From a virus (Duplodnaviria > Caudoviricetes): DNA of 52,010 nucleotides. Where the stretch lies: positions 1-52,010 of IMG/VR virus record IMGVR_UViG_3300021088_000016; one strand, given 5' to 3'. Below are positions 45,539-52,010 of the stretch, piece by piece (position 1 is the stretch's first letter; each line of letters opens with the position of its first letter). The position numbers and the translations under genes were made by a program. The notes under the pieces were generated by a model that saw only the letters and a program-made list of their open reading frames with translations, did no database searches and was not told where the DNA came from.

Positions 45539-46059
45539 TAGTATGCTTCGTAGATGATATGCGCTGCCGCAGTTGTAGACTGTCCACCCGGACCTGAGTT
45601 ATTCCAGAGAACTGATTGACCGGCTACGCCCGAACCTGCCACTGCGCTACCTACTTGTGTCCATTGCTGGGTAGGCGCTGCATTCCATCGGATAATTCCA
45701 CCGAAGGCATTAAGCCCCAAGTTCAATGCAGACAGTGTGGCTGCCGCAGAGGGGAATGGTCCCGTAGTAGCTGCGAATCCTACAACTGCTGGAGCCGAGA
45801 GAGCCGAACCCGAAGCGTTCATAAAGCCGTCCGTTGCAGGAGCAGCGATAGCTGTAGGTGTGGCAGCTAGAGTAGACGCATAACGTACGCCCGTAGCAAG
45901 AATAGCTGAAGCAGCCGCCGTCCCGGAGATCAAGACCTCTAACCAGTCAATGACCATGGTGGTGCTGCCACCTGTAATTGACATCCAGTTAGTAGCCGCA
46001 GCACCAGTAGCTGTAGGTGCCCACGTCTGACCCGGATGGTTGAATACTCGTTTTGCCAT
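45538..46059 (-). CDS. Ala/Thr-rich putative structural protein
   Basis: AAGGA SD; beta-sandwich-like composition. Confidence 0.7.
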   Translation of the reverse strand: MAKRVFNHPGQTWAPTATGAAATNWMSITGGSTTMVIDWLEVLISGTAAASAILATGVRYASTLAATPTAIAAPATDGFMNASGSALSAPAVVGFAATTGPFPSAAATLSALNLGLNAFGGIIRWNAAPTQQWTQVGSAVAGSGVAGQSVLWNNSGPGGQSTTAAAHIIYEAY

Positions 46060-46062
46060 AGT

Positions 46063-46402
46063 TTAATAAATTCCTTTTCTTAGCGCTAAGTTTGCTGTTT
46101 CGATTATGTTTTGACGATGTGTTCTATGTTCATACCCGGGTAATTTTCGCTCGAGCGCACAATTATCACATATGTACATATCGCATTGAGAACACCATTC
46201 ACGATCCCGCTTTCTATTTGGGTTCATTACAACTACGGTTCCACAATGATTGCAGCCCATCGTCGGGGCTTCAAATACTTTACCTTCCGCTAATACGCCT
46301 GGGGCATATCCTAATCTAATCGCTTGTTCGTCTGTTAGACCTGGGGAAGCCCTGTGGTCTACGCATAATTCACCTTCGTGTGATCTTTTTGTCAAAACCA
46401 TT
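46063..46402 (-). CDS. Zinc-finger protein (start approximate at MVLTK)
   Basis: CNHC, CSQC and CDNC motifs. Confidence 0.65.
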
Positions 46403-47359
46403 TTATAACCATATTTGAGAGGATAAAACATCCCCGCCACCTGCAGGGGTATACGTTATTACAATAATTCCTTGAGCTCCAGAACCAAACGTAGTTGAAG
46501 ATGATCCGCCTGACCCGGCGCCACCACCTCCGTACAATCCGCCATTGCCTGGTTGATTGCCTGCTCCACTACCACTGCCACCTCCACCACCTCCAGCGCC
46601 AGCAGTTCCACCTGCCGTCGCAGTCCAATCTGCACCAGCACCGCCAGTCCCGCCAGTGCCTGTGGATGTTATTCCTGCGCCGCCACCTCCGCCGCCTAAA
46701 GTACCGTTAGTCCCTGACGCAGCGGTAGTTCCACCGCCGGCTCCTGATCCGGCCCCCGCAGCATTATTGCCGCCAGCACCACCTGTAGTTACAACCCCCC
46801 CAGTCCCTGCGCCACCATTTGTGCCGCTACCGCCACCTCCTGAGCCTCCACCTCCTGATCCGCCATCAGTCACGGCATTAGCGCCTCCCCCAATTCCGCC
46901 ATTTCCTTGGGGTCCTGCAGCTCCACCTCCGCCGTTACCTCCTGCAGGCGCGTCAGCTGTGTATGTCCCTCCTGCACCTCCCGTATGTAGAGTAGAACCG
47001 TTAACGCCTGCCCCCCCCGTTCCTCCAGTACCTGCGGTAGGAGAACCTCCGCCACCGTGTGCTGAAACAGAAGCGCCGCCTACTGTAGTTCCATTAAACC
47101 AAGTATCTCCGCCTGCTGTTTCTTTAGTTGTAGCTCCAACACCTACGGTATAGCTAACCGGAAAAGTAACTGTTAAAGCCGTTGTTTTGGCATAGCCGCC
47201 GCCGCCACCTCCGCCGCCTTGCCCCGGAGTATCTGCGGAAGGACTTCCCGAGCCTCCTCCGCCAATGACTTCAACAGAGTCTAGAAGACCGCCGTTAGTA
47301 TTGCCAGGATCAGGCCAGGTATGTGCCCCTGTAGTTGTTAAAAAGACAACAGTAGCCAT
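46403..47359 (-). CDS. Glycine-rich fibre-like protein
   Basis: VEVIGGGGSG...GGGGGGGY...GAQGIIVITY, the pattern of phage glycine-rich domains. Confidence 0.85.
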   Translation of the reverse strand: MATVVFLTTTGAHTWPDPGNTNGGLLDSVEVIGGGGSGSPSADTPGQGGGGGGGGYAKTTALTVTFPVSYTVGVGATTKETAGGDTWFNGTTVGGASVSAHGGGGSPTAGTGGTGGAGVNGSTLHTGGAGGTYTADAPAGGNGGGGAAGPQGNGGIGGGANAVTDGGSGGGGSGGGGSGTNGGAGTGGVVTTGGAGGNNAAGAGSGAGGGTTAASGTNGTLGGGGGGAGITSTGTGGTGGAGADWTATAGGTAGAGGGGGGSGSGAGNQPGNGGLYGGGGAGSGGSSSTTFGSGAQGIIVITYTPAGGGDVLSSQIWL

Positions 47360-47360
47360 A

Positions 47361-48602
47361 TTAAGAAGAACCTAAATGTACATTGCCGTTAGCTTGAGTA
47401 AGTAAAGCTCCGGTATTTAAGCAAGTATTCCCCGCTGGCATCGCATTACTGCTGAAAAGATTAGTTGGGGGGAAAACATTATTAATTGTTCCACTTTGTA
47501 CTCCTTGACTTGGCGAACCACTGCCAAAATCACTACCGAGCCAGAAAGCTCCGCCGCTGAAGTTACCACCTACTGTATACAACGTATTATCGAAATAGTT
47601 ATTTTGAACCAACATATTCCCGGATAAATTCTTTGGAACTATAATTTGTTGCTGGTTAACAAATGGACCCCCCGTATTGCTTGGAGTCACTCCTGTACCA
47701 ATCATTACATTGTTAGATACAGAACCATTCTGCAGTAACCCTGCGTTTCCGGCAGCAGACCACAAAGATAATCCTTGGGTACGCGGACCTGTGGTATTGC
47801 TAGTTACTTGGACAAATTGAAAAAATACATTGAAATCCATATTCATGCTTGTAGTAGAACCAGAAGTTCCATTATACGTTTGAATCCAATCTCCATGAAG
47901 ACTGGAATCAAAACCCATACCTGAATTACCCATTACATTGTATTTTACGACCCAGACATCTCCGGAAGCATTATTGGTAGTACTTATAACTGCACATTCG
48001 CCAGGAGCTTGTAATACATAATTATAAGTTATTGTTGTAGTCCCCCGGGCATTCATAGAAAGAGTGCCGTTTTGCGCACCTGCGCCATTAGCGTAGGTCA
48101 CAGAGCCCCCATCGACAATACATTTTGTAATAGTAACCGTCGTGCCTCCGCCAGGAGGACACCAAATAGGTGTTTGAAGATTCGCCCCTACGGCAAAGTT
48201 ACAGTTACTGATGGTAAGGTTAGTCCCACTGGAAAACTCAACCATCCAACCGTTATTTAACGAAAAATCATACCCGTCCAATACTACATTGCTGCCCGTT
48301 ACAGTAACTATGTGAGTAGAATTATTCCCGGATGCGCCAGAGGTAGTGCTTAAAATCGTATTAGGGTCTTTTAAACTTGCATTTGTAGGATAAAGACTAC
48401 GATCTATTCCTACCGCATAGTCTACCCCCGCTACTCTCCAAGGAGGTCTAGCCGCAATAGTTTGCCCGTTTAATTGATTAGACGGATTATTAACCAGAAG
48501 AAGTGTCGGAAATGGGTATGCAGGTCCTGCAGGAGCATTAGCAAATCCATCAAAGTTCAGAAATGGATTTACGCTTATCTGTTTCGGGCCTTGCGTAAAC
48601 AT
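47361..48602 (-). CDS. Putative right-handed beta-helix protein (spike/depolymerase-like)
   Basis: PPWRVAGVDYAVG N-terminus; Asn-ladder repeats such as TISNCNF, VSNNV and VQNNYFD; HGDWIQ. Confidence 0.65.
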   Translation of the reverse strand: MFTQGPKQISVNPFLNFDGFANAPAGPAYPFPTLLLVNNPSNQLNGQTIAARPPWRVAGVDYAVGIDRSLYPTNASLKDPNTILSTTSGASGNNSTHIVTVTGSNVVLDGYDFSLNNGWMVEFSSGTNLTISNCNFAVGANLQTPIWCPPGGGTTVTITKCIVDGGSVTYANGAGAQNGTLSMNARGTTTITYNYVLQAPGECAVISTTNNASGDVWVVKYNVMGNSGMGFDSSLHGDWIQTYNGTSGSTTSMNMDFNVFFQFVQVTSNTTGPRTQGLSLWSAAGNAGLLQNGSVSNNVMIGTGVTPSNTGGPFVNQQQIIVPKNLSGNMLVQNNYFDNTLYTVGGNFSGGAFWLGSDFGSGSPSQGVQSGTINNVFPPTNLFSSNAMPAGNTCLNTGALLTQANGNVHLGSS

Positions 48603-48908
48603 TTATTGATAAAGAATAGTTACGTCTGCTGTAGTTGCTGTTGCTGCTGTATAGCTTAACCCATTGATAAACCCAACATCAAGTTCATAAGTTTGTGGGA
48701 CTGAACTAGCTGCTGGGGCTATAATTGTTATGGGGTTAGTGGTATTAGGCACAACGTTATCTGCGAGAGTAATAGTCCCTGGTGTAGCCCCTGTCGTGCC
48801 AAAACAGACACCGCGAAGAACTCCGGGGCCTGTTTTAATCTGAGTGCTGGCTACTGAACCAGCCTGGTGCGAGTATTTGAATATAGGCCGTGTAAAACCG
48901 TCAGCCAT
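48603..48908 (-). CDS. Small putative structural protein
   Basis: IKTGPGVLRGV...F.NGL...ADVTILY pattern. Confidence 0.65.
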   Translation of the reverse strand: MADGFTRPIFKYSHQAGSVASTQIKTGPGVLRGVCFGTTGATPGTITLADNVVPNTTNPITIIAPAASSVPQTYELDVGFINGLSYTAATATTADVTILYQ

Positions 48909-49183
48909 TAAGGATTAACTCCATTTGATTGTTTAGGGATGTGCCTCCCATCCAAGGACGCATTACGCACGCGAATCTCCCAAATGTCTTTAGACAAAGA
49001 ATTGAAACGTTCGTCATCGTGTTTCTCGTGATAATCAAGTTTATCTAAGACTTGATCCTTAATTTCGTAGCAGAGTTTACGAACTCCTGCAAACTGGGTG
49101 GATAACCACCAAACTAAACTCCCTAGAAAGACAATAAACCCGGCAGTGAAGCTAACTAAAGTTAGCACCGTATTAACATCCAT
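48908..49183 (-). CDS. Membrane protein with coiled coil
   Basis: N-terminal TM; HEKHDDERF. Confidence 0.7.
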   Translation of the reverse strand: MDVNTVLTLVSFTAGFIVFLGSLVWWLSTQFAGVRKLCYEIKDQVLDKLDYHEKHDDERFNSLSKDIWEIRVRNASLDGRHIPKQSNGVNP

Positions 49184-49419
49184 TAATAAAAGTCTTCTCC
49201 CGATGGATTGTTGCCCATGGCTTGCCCAATACGTTCAGGAGACATCGGGTGTCCAGCTTGACCGGGGTTAATTAATGGAGACGAACCCTGACCCATAGGG
49301 GTTACTGGAAGCTGTTGATCATGTCCTAATTGTTCTCCGCCGATGCCCTTGAAGACATCAGACTTAGAACCATGAAGTTCAGAGAAAGACTTGAACTTCT
49401 TACTAGGTCTTTTAGCCAT
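49183..49419 (-). CDS. Hypothetical protein
   Basis: Coupled ORF. Confidence 0.6.
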   Translation of the reverse strand: MAKRPSKKFKSFSELHGSKSDVFKGIGGEQLGHDQQLPVTPMGQGSSPLINPGQAGHPMSPERIGQAMGNNPSGEDFY

Positions 49420-49643
49420 TAGAACCTACGTCTCATCTCACCCGCGGCGTACGAATGGGATTTATTCATCCCTCCGCCCTTACGGGTCTCTGTAGTCCCT
49501 TCCATAGAGATTTCATTGCTCATAGCCTCACTAAGTGAGTGGGTCTGATACCCTTGGAAGTTCCTCCGCTCCGTATCCGTGTCTGTAGCGGAAAGTTTAA
49601 AAGACGAGATGTTGGAGCTTTGCTCACCAGTGATTTCACGCAT
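49419..49643 (-). CDS. Hypothetical protein
   Basis: Coupled ORF. Confidence 0.55.
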   Translation of the reverse strand: MREITGEQSSNISSFKLSATDTDTERRNFQGYQTHSLSEAMSNEISMEGTTETRKGGGMNKSHSYAAGEMRRRF

Positions 49644-49901
49644 TAAAACCCACCGCCGCCGGGATTGTGTCCAGGCATAGAACCACGCGTGTGATTAGCT
49701 GTGACGTGTTTATCTCCGCCCTTAGCCTGCATATGTCCATAGGACTCTCCAGACTTAGGATGGATATGATTGTAGTCTTGTGCCGAAGCCATATTATTTC
49801 TTTCCCTTCTTGAGTTTCTTCTCGGTCTTGCCGCCGGGGTCCCTTACGGGAGCCCCAGCTTTAGAACCGCCTTTAGGAGTTTTGGATTTTCCCTTAGGCA
49901 T

Positions 49902-50231
49902 TTAAGCAACAGTTGTAGCTGTGGCCGGTACTGGAGTAGCCGTCACCGAAGCGGTGGCAGCAGCAGTAGCTGCAGCAGGCGTAATCACAGGCGTAGTAGG
50001 CGTAATCACCGGGGGAACTGCCGTTCCGGAGACAATAGCGGCTGCCAAAGCGGCCTTCTTGGTAGAAATATCAGAGACCAAAGCAGTAATCTTAGCTGAA
50101 GTCGCTGGGTCCGTGGTTGGCGTAGGCAGCGCTGCTACCTGTACCTGCAAGCCATTGAGCGCCACAACTGCGGAGTCAACGACGGTGTCTTCTGCGGCAA
50201 CCGCAGTTACGAGATCGTCAATAGTAGCCAT
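49902..50231 (-). CDS. Ala/Thr/Pro-rich hypothetical protein
   Basis: AAGGA SD; N-terminal helix then PVITP repeats. Confidence 0.75.
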   Translation of the reverse strand: MATIDDLVTAVAAEDTVVDSAVVALNGLQVQVAALPTPTTDPATSAKITALVSDISTKKAALAAAIVSGTAVPPVITPTTPVITPAAATAAATASVTATPVPATATTVA

Positions 50232-50464
50232 TATTTTGTATTCCTTTTATCGATGAATTTAGGGTGAAATGCGTCTGCGACTACAGCGATAGGCACATGT
50301 GCCGAGAGCTGCTCTGTGTGTCCAGGCTTAATATCCTTAGCCTTGACTCTGTCGGTAGACGTCTCCCCATTCTTTGGGTTAGTGATGTGAATTACGGCGT
50401 AATCATTATCGTCATGCGGGAGTTCCTGCAAGACGATTACGTCTTTTCCTTTGTATTGAGGCAT
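50231..50464 (-). CDS. Hypothetical protein (start MPQYKGK)
   Basis: GAGGAGAGG SD before the ATG at 50464. Confidence 0.65.
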   Translation of the reverse strand: MPQYKGKDVIVLQELPHDDNDYAVIHITNPKNGETSTDRVKAKDIKPGHTEQLSAHVPIAVVADAFHPKFIDKRNTK

Positions 50465-50475
50465 ATCCTCTCCTC

Positions 50476-50646
50476 TTAGTGGATGATGGGACCAAAGACT
50501 CTCCAACCTAAGAGAGCGAATAGTATCCATTGTAATACGTTATTGAAGCCTAAGAGCATGGGGTTATCCCTCCATGCCGTATAGCCCCCTATGATTCCGA
50601 TCCCACAAAGGATCATCAAGAACCAAAATAGTAAACCTACGTCCAT
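50476..50646 (-). CDS. Small two-TM membrane protein, 56 aa
   Basis: Manual translation MDVGLLFWFLMILCGIGIIGG...WILFALLGWRVFGPIIH; AGGAG SD. Confidence 0.7.
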   Translation of the reverse strand: MDVGLLFWFLMILCGIGIIGGYTAWRDNPMLLGFNNVLQWILFALLGWRVFGPIIH

Positions 50647-50656
50647 GCCATCTCCT

Positions 50657-51061
50657 TTATTTAATAATTGCTACAGCTAGAACAGCAATTGAGACTACAA
50701 TTGCGATACCACCTGTTAGTATTCCCCAGATATCCGACCTACCTGCTGATCTTTCTTTGAGTTCACCTATAGATCTTTCGACTAAATTCATCCTTACAGT
50801 CACGTCATCCATCTTTTCGCTTAGAGCTTGATGTTGAAGATTGTATTCGTTTCTGGTCAAGAAAGAAGCTGTCTGATCACTTAAGGTCTTACGGAATTCA
50901 TTTACTGATTCAAAGCGCTTTTCAGCGGCTACTTCAGCCTTAGTTACTGCTTTTTCAGCGGCTGCTAGTGCAGCCTGTACTGCCTTCTCTTGTGCATCGA
51001 AACGTTGTCCATTACGCTTTTCAGCTTCTTCTATCTTTACGTAGAGGACTTCGTCTTGCAC
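50657..51061 (-). CDS. Coiled-coil protein with C-terminal TM
   Basis: AVQAALAAAEKAVTKAE...NEFR..LSDQ; C-terminal hydrophobic helix. Confidence 0.75.
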   Translation of the reverse strand: MQDEVLYVKIEEAEKRNGQRFDAQEKAVQAALAAAEKAVTKAEVAAEKRFESVNEFRKTLSDQTASFLTRNEYNLQHQALSEKMDDVTVRMNLVERSIGELKERSAGRSDIWGILTGGIAIVVSIAVLAVAIIK

Positions 51062-51437
51062 TGGTATATTTTACATCTTGGGCAGGTTTCTTGGGAAGTT
51101 GGAGACCATGCCCCGCATCTGGGGCATTTCCAATAATTGCCTGAAAACTCTGTCATTCCTTAGATTATTCCGTTGACTTCCATACCATAGCATGTTATTG
51201 TTTAATTCTTCCACACTTAGTGCACTTGGAGGTATTATTCCATTTCTTACAATACGTACAATACCATGTATCTTTAAGCTTCGTCACGTTCACGTTTAGT
51301 TATTTTATCATCTCTTGATTCATATTGTTTTTCATAGTCTTCTCTTTCTTGGGAAGAGAGGTTATCCCACTTATTCCAGTGGTATTGGTTAAATCTTTGA
51401 GATAAGGGAAATCCTTGTTTTCTAGACATTGCCGCCG

Positions 51438-51466
51438 AGTATAACACAAATAAAAGGACTTGTCAA
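51438..51466 (-). promoter_or_regulatory. Sigma70 promoter for the morphogenesis arm
   Basis: TTGACA-17nt-TATACT on the - strand. Confidence 0.8.
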
Positions 51467-51471
51467 GTAAA

Positions 51472-51723
51472 ATGTTAAATACTGCCAATTTTTCTTGGAA
51501 AGACAATAAATTGTACTTAGGGCCTAAAGATACTAAGTATTCTTTACAACCTTGTCTAGTTGAAGGTACTTTAGTTAGTTTCTATAAAGTTAAATACCCT
51601 GATGGAGAATTGTCTGAAGGTTACTATAATCTGTCCTGGGCTAAGGAACATTGCATTGCCGAGGCTACTAAGTCTATTAACAACGGAGTTTTACCCCCTG
51701 GCGTGGCTCAGGGATGCGTTTAA
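51472..51723 (+). CDS. Hypothetical protein divergent from the late arm
   Basis: ORF; YKVKYPDGELS..YNLSWAKE. Confidence 0.65.
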   Translation: MLNTANFSWKDNKLYLGPKDTKYSLQPCLVEGTLVSFYKVKYPDGELSEGYYNLSWAKEHCIAEATKSINNGVLPPGVAQGCV

Positions 51724-51896
51724 TTAACTTCTGGCTACTAGGGTAGCCAAACGCCTATTTTTGATAAACTGGAGGTACCTGTGTGGTATTGCTTAAAATG
51801 TTATAAATGGGGATTTAAGAAACCTGTAGTTCCGAATACGTTTTATTGCAAGGAGTGCCAATAAATTTTCTGTCCGATATTTTTGAGGTGTAATTC

Positions 51897-52010
51897 ATTT
51901 CGGCCGATAAGGGGGTGCCATCCCCCTCTAGGGAGGGGCAACGATGTTTGATTGGTCAGGAAAAGCATGCTTCAATCAACAATCAAACACCAATCAACAA
52001 CCAAACAAAC
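51897..52010. repeat. Direct terminal repeat, right copy
   Basis: Identical to 1-114. Confidence 0.95.

Noticed and set aside
46557-47153. 198-aa proline-rich ORF on +
   Set aside because: Antisense shadow of the glycine-rich gene
1-52010. Stop-codon reassignment, phage RNA polymerase, integrase, reverse transcriptase
   Set aside because: Core genes are intact in the standard code, the only tRNA is Leu(UAA), and no motifs for these enzymes were recognised

Overview
The window is an apparently complete ~52 kb podovirus-type phage genome with a 114-nt direct terminal repeat (1-114 = 51897-52010). A short leftward block (349-2223, - strand) is followed by a rightward early/replication arm (2724-20334). 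That arm encodes tRNA-Leu(UAA), a split T7-type primase-helicase, uracil-DNA glycosylase, family A DNA polymerase, SSB, a PD-(D/E)XK exonuclease, endonuclease I and an HNH protein. A leftward morphogenesis arm (20458-~51300) encodes terminase, portal, scaffold, major capsid, tail tubular proteins, fibres, internal virion proteins and lysis genes. There is no recognisable phage RNA polymerase, and sigma70-consensus promoters drive both arms; this layout resembles SIO1/Zobellviridae-like podoviruses (inference). The host is probably an alphaproteobacterium (inference). The most striking unexplained element is a ~1 kb stretch without convincing ORFs (15441-16479) that folds by eye into a densely nested, end-closed RNA with two identical tRNA-like T-loops: a candidate giant ncRNA. 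It shares an exact 13-mer with a 26-bp inverted repeat that encloses a small gene at the genome's left end. Other oddities include a 12-mer repeated three times at a precise 32-nt period upstream of terL, a four-hairpin sRNA candidate with C-rich loops, and a pair of catalytically degenerate amidotransferase/GGCT genes. All structure calls are by eye; nothing was computed or searched.
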